Below, in pieces: positions 19,609-31,238 of a DNA stretch of 55,638 nt. This DNA is from Halorussus marinus. Its GTDB lineage: Archaea > Halobacteriota > Halobacteria > Halobacteriales > Haladaptataceae. The stretch covers positions 310,001 to 365,638 of the forward strand of contig NZ_SBIV01000004.1 in assembly GCF_004765795.1 (NCBI RefSeq), given 5' to 3'. The notes under the pieces were generated by a model, which saw only the letters and a list, made by a program, of their open reading frames with translations, was not told the origin of the DNA and did not search any database. Within the stretch, counting starts at the first letter, position 1. Every line of letters starts with the position of its first letter. The position numbers and the translations under genes were made by a program.

Positions 19609-20778
19609 TTACTCGTCGAGGAGCGTTCCAAGCGCGTCTTCGAGCGCTCGCAGGCCCGCGGTCGCGTCGGCCAGTTCGACGTGCTCGTCGTAGGTGTGGG
19701 CCTGCGCGAGGTCGCCCGGTCCCCAGGTGATCGCCTCGATGCTCGCGTCGTTGACGAAGTTCCGCACGTCGGTCGAGGCCTTCACGCCCCACGGGTCGGT
19801 CGGGACGTCGGCGCGCTCGGCCGACGCCTCCCGAAAGACGTCCGCGAGCCGGCTGTCCGGGTCGATCGCGGCCGACTCGTAGGTCCGAGTCCGGCGCCAC
19901 GACGTCTCGACGCCGTGGTCGGCCTCGACCTCCGCGAGCAGGTCGTCGATCTCGGCGTCGACCTGGTCGGCCGACTCGTCGGGGAGGAACCGCCGATCGA
20001 CGGTGATGACGGCGTCCTCGGGCACGACGTTCTCCTTGGTGCCGGCCTCGATCTGGGTGACGGTGGCGTGAGCCCGTCCGACGAGGTCGTCTTCGCGCTC
20101 GCCGATCCGGTCGTCGTAGGCTTCGAGCGCCGCCAGCACCGGTCGGGCGTTCGAGATGGCGTTGTCGCCCTGTGTCGGCCGGCTGGCGTGGGAGGGCTCG
20201 CCGGCGACCGTGATCTCGTACCACGCCAGCCCCTTCTCGCTGGTCGCGGTCCGCATCCCGGTCGGTTCGAGGACGACCCCGTAGTCGCCGTCGTGGCCGC
20301 GTTCGAGGAGCGTCTTCGTGCCGGGCTCGGCCGTCTCCTCGCCGATCACGGCCTGAAACGCGAGCGAGCCTCCGAGCTCGCCGGACTCGATCGGCGCTTT
20401 CAGATCCGCGAGCGCTTTCATTCCGACCGCGACGCCGGTCTTCATGTCGGCGCTCCCCCGGCCGTACAGCCGGCCGTCTTCGACCTCGGCGCCGTAGGGC
20501 GGCCGCGACCACTCCTCGCGGTCGCCCGCCGGCACCACGTCGATGTGGCCGTTGAGCACCACGGTCGGGTCGCCCTCGCCGACGCGGGCCGCGACCTGCG
20601 GGCGGTCCTCGTAGGGCTCTGAGACCAGTTCGGCGTCGACGCCGCGGTCGGTCAGCCACTCGTGGACGTACTCGGCGGCTCGGCGCTCGTTGCCGGGCGG
20701 GTTCTCGGTCTCGCGCGATACCAGTTCTGCGATGATCTCGGTCAGCTCCGCGTCGATCTCCGGGTCTTGGGTGGTCAT
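19609..20778 (-). CDS. M20 family (ArgE/DapE-like) metallo-deacylase/peptidase
   Basis: ETENPPG, NGHIDVVP, GRGSADMKTG, GEE, EPT, WGPG and QAH motifs. Confidence 0.9.
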   Translation of the reverse strand: MTTQDPEIDAELTEIIAELVSRETENPPGNERRAAEYVHEWLTDRGVDAELVSEPYEDRPQVAARVGEGDPTVVLNGHIDVVPAGDREEWSRPPYGAEVEDGRLYGRGSADMKTGVAVGMKALADLKAPIESGELGGSLAFQAVIGEETAEPGTKTLLERGHDGDYGVVLEPTGMRTATSEKGLAWYEITVAGEPSHASRPTQGDNAISNARPVLAALEAYDDRIGEREDDLVGRAHATVTQIEAGTKENVVPEDAVITVDRRFLPDESADQVDAEIDDLLAEVEADHGVETSWRRTRTYESAAIDPDSRLADVFREASAERADVPTDPWGVKASTDVRNFVNDASIEAITWGPGDLAQAHTYDEHVELADATAGLRALEDALGTLLDE

Positions 20779-21063
20779 GGTGTGGATCGAGGCGTTCGAC
20801 TGCGAGGCGGCCGTCGACGGACGCCGGTGCGCGACCGACGGCGATCGCGGCGACGCGCCGGCGGCCGCCCCAGGTTTTGCTACACGTTCACACGACACGT
20901 TACACGGCGACCTATTATAGATAGTGGTTTTGACACTGTGTTCTGTTCGAACGGCGTATTCCGACTCGCGTTTTCCAGATCGGCGGCGACGGTGGAAATT
21001 GTCTAACGTCCGGCCGCGCGCTGACGGTCCGAGCCGACGGCGACCGCCGCGAGCCGGTGGGGG

Positions 21064-22542
<1,479 letters not shown>

Positions 22543-22871
22543 AATCGCTACATGAGTGACGAACGTCTTAGGCGTTCCGGGCGTTCGACGGTTTCGGGAA
22601 TCTACTGCATATTGTCCGAAATAAGTCCCTGTGGGCAAACGCCGAATTTCGCGTCTCCGACCCGCATCGACGCCGCGATCCGCGCGAACGAGCAGAGGCG
22701 GGCATCGGCGTTTTGAGACCCCAATTGGTGTTCAGCCGGCTATCCGTGTACCGCCAGTGTAAGTGATGGCGCATCCCGAAGTGAGACCGACCCGAGAATA
22801 CATTCGGCGGTGGTTTTGGAGAATTTTATAGCAACATTTATCAGTCTCGCCTATGTACGGTTCTATGACAT

Positions 22872-23048
22872 ATGTCAGTACTTGGCATGCCGACGGGGAT
22901 GTTCCTGGTGTTCGTCGCGACGCTCGTCGCGGGGAGCCTCGGAGCGGCTCACTTCGTAATCGTCCACGTACTCATGGGAAAGCCGGTCGACGAGACGATC
23001 CGCGAGGAACCGCCGACCGCGACCGACGGAGGGCACGACGATGTCTGA
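22872..23048 (+). CDS. 58-aa single-TM protein preceding the SSS permease (absent from the ORF track)
   Basis: MSVLGMPTGMFLVFVATLVAGSLGAAHFVIVHVLMGKPVDETIREEPPTATDGGHDDV. Overlaps the SSS start, and its TDGG tail supplies the GGAGG RBS. Confidence 0.65.
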   Translation: MSVLGMPTGMFLVFVATLVAGSLGAAHFVIVHVLMGKPVDETIREEPPTATDGGHDDV

Positions 23049-24543
23049 GCCCGGCGCGCTCGGCCTCGGGCCGGTGGTCCTCCAGGCCGGGATCGACAGC
23101 GACGTCAACCCGGCGTACCTCGCGATATTCGTCGTGTACCTGCTCCTCGTCCTCGCGATCGGCGCGTGGGCGTACCTCAAGACGAACGACGTCGAGGACT
23201 TCTGGGTGTACGGCAAGCGGCTCGGACCGTGGCTCGCGACGTGGTCGTACGTCGCCAACTTCGTGAGCGCCGTCAGCGTCATCGGGTACATCGGCTCGGT
23301 GTACGGCGGCGGCTACTCCATCGTGACCGGGATCGTCTTCGGGCTGATGCTCGGCGTCAGCGGCCTCTACTTCGTGGTCCACAAGGTCCGGGAGCTCAAC
23401 CACGTCACGTTCCCGGACATCATCGCCGAGCTCACCGGCTACGAGATCGCGCGCCCGATCACCGGGACCGTCCTGCTCGCGAACGCGTGGGTGTACCTGA
23501 TCATGCAACTGGTGGGCGCCGGCCTGCTGGTGACGGTCATCACCGGCGTCCCCTACGAGTACATGATCTGGGTGATCGGCGGCGTGTTCATCCTCTACAC
23601 GGTGCTCGGCGGGCTGGTCAGCGTCGCCTGGACCGACCTCGTGCAGGGGACTCTGATGGTGGCCACGGTCGCGGTCGCGCTCGGGTACATGGCGCTCGAC
23701 CTCGGCGGCATCGCGTCGATCAACCAGCAGTTCGCGGCGATCGAACCCGCGAACGTCGCGCCGCTGGGCGAGGGCGCCTACACGGTGTTGGGCGTGGTCG
23801 CCTCGATCGTGGCGTTCTTCGGGACGATCTTCACCTCGCAGGCGACGATCGTCCGGATCAACGCGACCGACAGCATCCGGACCGCGAAGATCCACCTCGC
23901 GGCCGGCGGCGCCATCCTGTCGGTGTTCTACGTCATGCTGGTCACGCTGGGCGCCGGAACGACCGTCGCGCTCAACGGGGCCGGGCTGGCGGTCGAGAAC
24001 GTCGACCGGGCGTTCCCGGTCCTCATCACCGAGTACGTGCCGACCACGATCGGGACCGTCATCATCGTGGCGATCCTCAGCGGGATCCTCTCGACGACCG
24101 ACACCCGGCTCCACGCGTGTGGCGTCACGACCGCCCGCGACATCTACGACTACTTCGCGGACGGCGAGCCGAGCGACGAGCGGCTGATGAACGTCTCGCG
24201 TATCTCGACGGTCGTGTTCGGCCTCGCCGCGACCGCCGCGGCCGTCGACCCGCCGGGAACCATCATCGGACTGTACAACTGGCGGGCCATCCTGCTGACG
24301 AGCGCGCTGTTGATCCCGGTGTACGTCACGCTGTACCGGCGCGACACCGCCGGGAAGGCCGTGCTCCTGTCGATCGTCCTCGGGGCCGTGTTCGGTCCCG
24401 GCTGGGAGGCGCTCGGGACCCCGCTCGGCGTCCCGGCGGCGTTCATGGGCGTCGGCATGGCCGTGGTCGGACTGGCCGTCGGTCACGCCGCCTGGCGCGG
24501 CGACGAGGGAACGCCCACCGCGGCGACCGCGAGCGACGACTGA
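23041..24543 (+). CDS. sodium:solute symporter (SSS/PutP family)
   Basis: About 13 TM segments with DFWVYGKRLG, LGGLVSVAWTDLVQG and SGILSTTD motifs. Confidence 0.92.
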   Translation: MSEPGALGLGPVVLQAGIDSDVNPAYLAIFVVYLLLVLAIGAWAYLKTNDVEDFWVYGKRLGPWLATWSYVANFVSAVSVIGYIGSVYGGGYSIVTGIVFGLMLGVSGLYFVVHKVRELNHVTFPDIIAELTGYEIARPITGTVLLANAWVYLIMQLVGAGLLVTVITGVPYEYMIWVIGGVFILYTVLGGLVSVAWTDLVQGTLMVATVAVALGYMALDLGGIASINQQFAAIEPANVAPLGEGAYTVLGVVASIVAFFGTIFTSQATIVRINATDSIRTAKIHLAAGGAILSVFYVMLVTLGAGTTVALNGAGLAVENVDRAFPVLITEYVPTTIGTVIIVAILSGILSTTDTRLHACGVTTARDIYDYFADGEPSDERLMNVSRISTVVFGLAATAAAVDPPGTIIGLYNWRAILLTSALLIPVYVTLYRRDTAGKAVLLSIVLGAVFGPGWEALGTPLGVPAAFMGVGMAVVGLAVGHAAWRGDEGTPTAATASDD

Positions 24544-24652
24544 CGCGGCGCGGTCCGCCGTCCCGCCGCCTCGCCACCGACAGTCGAAACACTCGAAATA
24601 ACGCCGAAGAAGCCCTGAAAAGCTTTTTTACGCCCCGGATCGTGTCGCGCGT

Positions 24653-26317
24653 ATGGACGCCGAGATCGCGCTGATCGACGGCACCGTACTGACGCTCAGT
24701 TCCGACCGACCCGACGCCGAGGCGCTCTCGGCGCGGGCGGGCCGCATCGCGACCGTCGGCTCGACCGACGAGGTGCTCGACGACGTCGGCCCGGAGACGA
24801 CCGTCGTCGACCTCGACGGCCGGGCGGCCCTCCCGGGATTCATCGACACCCACCTCCACGTCCCGATGGGCGGCGCCCGGATGGGCCACGTCGACTGCCG
24901 GTCGCCGCCAAACGAGTCGATCGCGGACGTCCAAGACCGGATCCGCGAGCGCGCCGCCGAGACGCCGGACGGCGAGTGGATCGTCTGCTCGGGGTACAAT
25001 CTCGGGCTGGTCTGGGAGGCGGAGGGCCGCCACATCGACCGGTGGGACCTCGACGAGGCCGCCCCGGACAATCCCGTCCAGGTCAACAGCGTCGGGGGCC
25101 ACACCGGGAGCATCTACAACTCCGCGGCGCTCGATCGAGCTGGCATCGACCGCGACACGCCCGACCCCGAACCGCCCGCGACCATCGAGCGCGACGCCGA
25201 CGGCCGGCCCTCGGGGCTGGTGAGCGAGGAGGCCGAACTCCCGCTCCACGAGTCGATCCCCGACGAGACTCGCGAGGACCGCCGAGCGAACGTCGAGCGG
25301 GCCATCGACCGACTCCTCGAATGGGGCGTCACCACCGCCCACGACGCCAAGACGACCCCCGAGGACCTCCGGATCTATCAGGACCTCGACCGCGAGGGCG
25401 ACCTCCCGCTTCGGCTGGGGACGATGATACAGGGCGACGCGGGCGAGGACCTCGGCGCGGAGGGCGTCGACCTGCTCGGGCGACTGGCCGACGCCGGCGT
25501 CCGGACCGGGTTCGGGAGCGATCGGCTGTTCGTCGTCGGAGTCAAGTACTTCGTGGACGGGGCGTTCACCGGCCGGACCGCCGCCATGCGCGACCCCTAC
25601 GAGGGCGAACCGGTGGCCGAGGACTCCCCGCAGTACGACGGCGTGCTCCACGTCGACCCCGAGTACTTCGCCGAGCGCGTCGAACGCGCCGCCGAGGCCG
25701 GCCTCCGGGTCTGCGTCCACGGGCAGGGCGACCTCGCGATCGACCACATCCTCGACGCCTACGAGGCGGCCCTCGACCCCGACGAGGACCACCGCTTCCG
25801 GATCGAACACGCCGGGCTGACCCGCCCGGAGCACCTCGAACGCATGGCGGACCTCGGGGTGTGTGTCTCCTCGTCGATCAGCTTCCTCGGGGCGGACGTC
25901 TCGCGCAACTGGGTGTACTGGGGCGACGAGCGGATCGACTGGACGTACGCGGTCGCCTCGCTTCAGGACCACGGCATCCCGACCGCCGGAAACGGCGACT
26001 GGCCGGTGGCGACCGGCGACCCCCGGGTCGCGCTCCGGACCGCGGTCACCCGCGAGACGGTGACCGGCGAGGTCGTCGGCCCGGACCAGCGCGTGTCGGT
26101 CGAGGACGCACTGCGGCTCTACGGCCCCGACGCCGCCTACCTCGGCGGCAACGAGGACGAGAAGGGGTCCCTCGAACCCGGCAAGCTCGCGGACGTGACT
26201 GTCCTCTCGGACGATCCGCGCGCGATTTCGCCCGCCGACCTCACCGATCTCGACGTCGAGTACACGATCGTCGACGGGGAGGTCGTCTACGACGCCGAGC
26301 GCGGCCACACCTACTGA
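24653..26317 (+). CDS. amidohydrolase family 3 (YtcJ-like)
   Basis: PGFIDTHLH, K.FVDG, HGQGD, RIEH, GDWPV and GSLEPGKLAD motifs. Confidence 0.9.
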   Translation: MDAEIALIDGTVLTLSSDRPDAEALSARAGRIATVGSTDEVLDDVGPETTVVDLDGRAALPGFIDTHLHVPMGGARMGHVDCRSPPNESIADVQDRIRERAAETPDGEWIVCSGYNLGLVWEAEGRHIDRWDLDEAAPDNPVQVNSVGGHTGSIYNSAALDRAGIDRDTPDPEPPATIERDADGRPSGLVSEEAELPLHESIPDETREDRRANVERAIDRLLEWGVTTAHDAKTTPEDLRIYQDLDREGDLPLRLGTMIQGDAGEDLGAEGVDLLGRLADAGVRTGFGSDRLFVVGVKYFVDGAFTGRTAAMRDPYEGEPVAEDSPQYDGVLHVDPEYFAERVERAAEAGLRVCVHGQGDLAIDHILDAYEAALDPDEDHRFRIEHAGLTRPEHLERMADLGVCVSSSISFLGADVSRNWVYWGDERIDWTYAVASLQDHGIPTAGNGDWPVATGDPRVALRTAVTRETVTGEVVGPDQRVSVEDALRLYGPDAAYLGGNEDEKGSLEPGKLADVTVLSDDPRAISPADLTDLDVEYTIVDGEVVYDAERGHTY

Positions 26318-26521
26318 CCGGAACCGGCGCGGATCGACTATCCGAGAGCGACGACTCACGATCGACGATCCGCGCCCGGACGACTCCCGTTCGTAGAATT
26401 TCCGCGAAATCCACCTCGACGCCGGATGCGGTCGTCAGATATCCGTTTTCGGGAGAACGATGTAGCGGAAATCGAGGCGTCCGACCCGCGGTTTTATGAC
26501 GCGAGTTCGACATGGTGTCGT

Positions 26522-28399
26522 ATGGTATCAGCACCCAAGCACGGCGTCGCAGTCCACCACGACGCGACGGTAGAGACCCGCGACGGGACGAGCCTCGCGA
26601 CCGACGTCTACCGGCCGGCCGACCCGGAGACGGGCGAGCCGATCGACGAGCCAAAGCCCGCACTGCTGGTGCGGACGCCGTACGACAAGCGCGAGCGCCA
26701 GCGCGTCGAACAGCAGGGCAACTGGTACGCCGAGCGGGGCTACGTCGTCGCGATCCAAGACGTCCGCGGGCGGTACGCCAGCGACGGGGAGTTCTACCTG
26801 CTGAAAAACGAGGCCGAGGACGGCGCCGACACCGTCGAGTGGCTCGCCGACCGGCCGTACTGCGACGGGCAGGTCGGGACGATGGGCACCTCCTACATGG
26901 CGTGGGTCCAGAACGCGCTGGCGACCCAGCGGCCGTCGGGGCTGGCCGCGATGTTCGTGAATCAGGGCGCCGCCAACGCCTGGAAGGCGACCCTGCGCCA
27001 CCACGGCGCGTTCGAACTCCGGTGGCTGACGTGGTCGCTAACCATCGGCGGCGGGTTCGCCAAGCGCGCGCTCGACGACCGGGACCTCGAACGCCGACTC
27101 GCGAACGTCGACACCGGCGACCTCCTCGAAAACGAGCCGGTGACCCGGGGCCAGTCGCCGCTCAGACACCTCCCGAACTACGAGGCGTACGTCTTCGACT
27201 ACATGGGGACGCCCGGCGACGACGAGTTCTGGTCGGACCCGAGCATCAACTTCGAGGCCCACTACGACGAGATGGCCGACGTTCCGACGGTGTACGCCGG
27301 CTCGTGGTACGACTCCTACGCGAAGGCGACCTGTGACAACTTCGGGGCGCTGGCAGACCGCACGGAAAGCGACCAGTTCCTGCTCATGGGCGCGTGGACC
27401 CACGGCGGCCAGTCGACGTGGACAAAGCCCTACTCGGGTGAGGCGGCGTTCGGCGAGGCGATGACCCGCGACTACCTCGAGACCAAGCTCCGGTTTTTCG
27501 ATCACTACCTCAAGGGCGCCGACGCGTGGGACGAGCCGCGAGTCCAGTACTTCCGGATGGGGTCCGGCGACGGCGCCGCGACCGCCGAGGGGCGACTCCG
27601 CCACGGCGGCGAGTGGCAGAGCGGAAGCGACTGGCCGCTTCCCGACACCGACTGGACCGCGTACTACGCCCGCGGCGACGGCACGCTCGACACCGAGCGA
27701 CCGGACGTCGCCGACTCGTCGACGACCTACGAGTTCGACCCCCGCGACCCGGTGCCGACCCTCGGCGGCAACTGCTCGTCGTACTACACCTTCGAACAGC
27801 GCGACGAGCCGGTCGAAGACCTCCCGCTGGCCGATCGCCCGACGATCAGCCTGACCGGCCGGGGCGGCTACGACCAGCGGACGCGCCCGGAGACGCTCGG
27901 GGCCGACCCGCCGTACGGCCCGCTGGACGAGCGCGCCGACGTGGTGGCGTTCCGGACCCCGCGCCTCTCGGAACCGGTCGAGATCGCGGGCCCGGTCCGG
28001 GTGCGCATCTACGCCTCGACCGACGCCCGAGACACCGACTTCACCGCGAAGCTGATCGACGAGTACCCCGCGAGCGCGGACTTTCCCTCGGGGTTCGCGC
28101 TCAACCTCACCGACTCGATCTGCCGGGCGCGGTATCGGGGGTACCGCCGCGAGCCCGACTTCGTCGATCCGGGCGAGATCTACGCGTTCGACCTCGAACT
28201 CTACCCGACCGCGAACGTGTTCGAGGCCGGCCACCGGATCCGGCTCGACGTCTCCTCGTCGAACTACCCCCGGTTCGACGTCAACCACAACACCGGCGGC
28301 GCCCTCGCGGGCGACCGCGAGTACGAGGTCGCGAGAAACACCATCTACCACGAGGCCGACCACCCGACCCACGTCGAGTTACCGGTCCGGCCCGCGTAA
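26522..28399 (+). CDS. CocE/NonD family serine hydrolase
   Basis: RTPY, QDVRGR, GTSY nucleophile motif, WYD, GAWTH and HRIRLDVSSSNYPRF. Confidence 0.9.
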   Translation: MVSAPKHGVAVHHDATVETRDGTSLATDVYRPADPETGEPIDEPKPALLVRTPYDKRERQRVEQQGNWYAERGYVVAIQDVRGRYASDGEFYLLKNEAEDGADTVEWLADRPYCDGQVGTMGTSYMAWVQNALATQRPSGLAAMFVNQGAANAWKATLRHHGAFELRWLTWSLTIGGGFAKRALDDRDLERRLANVDTGDLLENEPVTRGQSPLRHLPNYEAYVFDYMGTPGDDEFWSDPSINFEAHYDEMADVPTVYAGSWYDSYAKATCDNFGALADRTESDQFLLMGAWTHGGQSTWTKPYSGEAAFGEAMTRDYLETKLRFFDHYLKGADAWDEPRVQYFRMGSGDGAATAEGRLRHGGEWQSGSDWPLPDTDWTAYYARGDGTLDTERPDVADSSTTYEFDPRDPVPTLGGNCSSYYTFEQRDEPVEDLPLADRPTISLTGRGGYDQRTRPETLGADPPYGPLDERADVVAFRTPRLSEPVEIAGPVRVRIYASTDARDTDFTAKLIDEYPASADFPSGFALNLTDSICRARYRGYRREPDFVDPGEIYAFDLELYPTANVFEAGHRIRLDVSSSNYPRFDVNHNTGGALAGDREYEVARNTIYHEADHPTHVELPVRPA

Positions 28400-28543
28400 C
28401 CGGATCGCGGCGTCTCTCGGAACGGTGGTCGAAATCCGCCGCCGCGTTCGACGGGTCGAGCGCAGAGAGTTCGGCGTAGAATCCGCCCCGAGAGCGCCGG
28501 CGCATCCGAACGCTCAAGGACCGAGGCGACCATCCCTCCGCTC

Positions 28544-29836
28544 ATGAAGATCAGCATCGTCGGCAGCGGGTACGTCGGCACCACCGTCGCGGCGTGCTTC
28601 GCCGATCTGGGACACGACGTGACGAACGTCGACATCGACGAGACGGTCGTCGACGCGATCAACGACGGAGCGGCGCCGATCCACGAGCCCGGTCTCGACG
28701 AACTGATCGCCGACCACGGCGGCGACCGACTTCGGGCGACGACCGACTACGGCGCGGTCCGGGACACCGACGTGACGTTTCTCGCGCTCCCGACGCCCGC
28801 CAGAGACGACGGGAGTATCGATCTCGGCATCATCGAGCAGGGCGCGCGGTCGCTCGGCGAGGCGCTCGCCGAGAAGAACGGTGACCACCTCGTCGTCGTC
28901 AAGTCGACGGTGGTCCCCGGCACGACCGAAGACCAGATCGCACAGCTACTCGCCGAGGCGTCGGGCAAGGACATCGACGAGCAACTCCACGTCGCGATGA
29001 ATCCCGAGTTCCTCCGAGAGGGGAGCGCTGTCGCGGACTTTCGGGATCCCGACAAACTCGTGTTCGGCGCGCGAACCGAGTTCGCCCGCGACCGGCTCCG
29101 AGCGGTTTTCGAGCCGCTGGTCGCCGAGTCGAGCGCCGCGACCGTCGAGACCGGCATTCGGGAGGCGGAGATGATCAAGTACGCCAACAACGCCTTCCTC
29201 GCGACCAAGGTCAGTCTCGTGAACGAACTCGGGAACGTCTGCAAGGAGTACGGCGTCGACGCCTACGAGGTCGCCGAGGCGGTCGGGCTCGACGACCGCA
29301 TCTCCGAGCGGTTCCTCCGGTCGGGGGTCGGATGGGGCGGTAGCTGTTTCCCGAAGGACGTCGCCGCGCTCGTCGCCGCCGCCAGAGACGCCGACTACGA
29401 GCCGACGTTGCTGGAGGCGGCCGTCGAGGTCAACGACAAGCAGCCCGAGCGCATGCTCGAACTGCTCGAAGAGCACGTCGACCCGGCCGGCGAGCGGATC
29501 GCGGTGCTCGGCCTCGCGTTCAAGCCCGGCACCGACGACGTGCGCAACTCGCGGGCGATACCCGTCGTCGAAGGACTCCAGGAGCACGGCGCCGACGTGG
29601 TCGCCTACGACCCCGTCGCGACCGAGAATATGCGCGAGCGGTTCCCCGGGATCGAGTACGCCGACTCGGCCGGCGAGGCCCTCGACGGCGCCGGGGGGGC
29701 GCTGGTGGTCACCGACTGGGACGAGTTCGCCGCCCTCGACGGGACGTTCGACGCGATGGCCGACTCCGTGGTCGTCGACGGCCGCCGGATCGTCGAGCGC
29801 CGCGACGGCATCACTTACGAGGGTCTGACCTGGTAG
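28544..29836 (+). CDS. aglM: UDP-glucose 6-dehydrogenase (AglM-like)
   Basis: [32 protein letters not shown] and AFKPGTDD motifs. Confidence 0.88.
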   Translation: MKISIVGSGYVGTTVAACFADLGHDVTNVDIDETVVDAINDGAAPIHEPGLDELIADHGGDRLRATTDYGAVRDTDVTFLALPTPARDDGSIDLGIIEQGARSLGEALAEKNGDHLVVVKSTVVPGTTEDQIAQLLAEASGKDIDEQLHVAMNPEFLREGSAVADFRDPDKLVFGARTEFARDRLRAVFEPLVAESSAATVETGIREAEMIKYANNAFLATKVSLVNELGNVCKEYGVDAYEVAEAVGLDDRISERFLRSGVGWGGSCFPKDVAALVAAARDADYEPTLLEAAVEVNDKQPERMLELLEEHVDPAGERIAVLGLAFKPGTDDVRNSRAIPVVEGLQEHGADVVAYDPVATENMRERFPGIEYADSAGEALDGAGGALVVTDWDEFAALDGTFDAMADSVVVDGRRIVERRDGITYEGLTW

Positions 29837-30193
29837 CGACGCCACGGGGCGGCGCACCGCCAGAGACGCCGATCGTCGCGTGGACGGTCGACGAGAGAAG
29901 TTCCCATCTCTTTCGCGGTCCGACACTTCCCAGCTCTCACCCCGAGAGGCCGTTCGGTCCTCGAACGAAGCGTCCGTAATTGAGCCGTCGGTAGCTTTTT
30001 GAAATCGCTCCGACAGCCCATACACGGTGGCGAACGCCCGCCGACGGCCGAGCAGGCGACTGTCGAAGCCACGCGCGACGACCGACGATCCGCTTCGTCT
30101 CGAACGGGCCGATCAGTCAGGCCGTCCGGAACCATCGAGAACCGACGGCTCCGGCGGGCGGGACGCGAATCGCAGACACGAGGTGAACACACA

Positions 30194-31207
30194 ATGACAG
30201 ACTCCGAGCGACCGACAGCGGCCGAGGCGTTCCGCGAACAGCATCCCGGATCCGAAGTCGAACTGGCGTACGCGGGGATCAACACGTTTCTGAAGTCCGA
30301 TCAGCGAGACGTCGGCGAGCTCGACGGCGCCGACGTCGGCGTCGTCGGCGCGCCCTACGACGGCGCGGTGAGCAACCGCCCGGGAACCAGATACGGCCCC
30401 GAAGCGATCCGGCGGGCCAGCGCGTGGTGGGCGTACCTCTCGGGGTACAAGGGCGGGCTGACGAACATGCAGACCGGCCGGCAGGTCGATTTCGGCGAGC
30501 TCTCGATCGCCGACTGCGGCGACGCTCCCGTCTTTCCGATGGACCGGGCGAAGACGGCCGAGAGCATCACGGCCCACGTCGCCACCGTCGCCGAACAGGC
30601 GTTCCCGGTGTTGCTCGGCGGCGACCACTACTGTACGTTCCCCGCGTTTCGGGGCTTCGCGGAGGGGAGCGACCACGACACCGTCGGGCTCGTGCAGATC
30701 GACGCCCACACCGACACCGTCGAGGAGAGCGCGCTGTTCGGCGAGCACTTCCACGGGTCGAGCACGAACCTCATCGCCGAGTCGCCCCACACCGGGTTCG
30801 AACACGTCAGTCAGGTCGGGATCCGCGGGTACGAGTCGCCGGACTTCTTCGAGTTCGCCGACGAGACGGGGCTTGATCTGTTCACCGCCCACGACGTCCG
30901 CGAACGGGGGATCCGGGAGGTCGTCGCGGCGGCCGTCGAGGCCGCCGCCGCGGACACCGACGCGGTCTACGTCACCTTCGACATCGACGCCGTCGATCCG
31001 AGCGTCGCGCCCGGCACCGGCACGCCGGTTCCAGCCGGACTGACCCCGGATCAGGCGCTCGCCACGATGGAGGTACTGGGCGGCCACGACGCCGTGGGCG
31101 CGGCCGACCTGATGGAGGTCGCGCCCCGGTACGACGCGACGGAGGGGACGAGCCGACTCGCCGCATACCTGCTCGTCACGCTCTTAGAGCGCCAGTTCGC
31201 CGAGTAG
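30194..31207 (+). CDS. agmatinase/ureohydrolase family protein
   Basis: RPGTRYGP, GGDH, DAHTD, HGS, DIDAVD, PGTG and EVAP motifs, with a GAGGTGA RBS at 30180-30186. Confidence 0.9.
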   Translation: MTDSERPTAAEAFREQHPGSEVELAYAGINTFLKSDQRDVGELDGADVGVVGAPYDGAVSNRPGTRYGPEAIRRASAWWAYLSGYKGGLTNMQTGRQVDFGELSIADCGDAPVFPMDRAKTAESITAHVATVAEQAFPVLLGGDHYCTFPAFRGFAEGSDHDTVGLVQIDAHTDTVEESALFGEHFHGSSTNLIAESPHTGFEHVSQVGIRGYESPDFFEFADETGLDLFTAHDVRERGIREVVAAAVEAAAADTDAVYVTFDIDAVDPSVAPGTGTPVPAGLTPDQALATMEVLGGHDAVGAADLMEVAPRYDATEGTSRLAAYLLVTLLERQFAE

Positions 31208-31238
31208 CCGGCGCCACCGCGGTTCGGGAGTCGGACGG

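Noticed and set aside
30020..30190. Known guanidine-I, -II or -III riboswitch upstream of the ureohydrolase
   Set aside because: I could not find the twin ACGR-loop hairpins, the ykkC 3' motif or the guanidine-III loop consensus. It is kept only as an unclassified structured-leader candidate.
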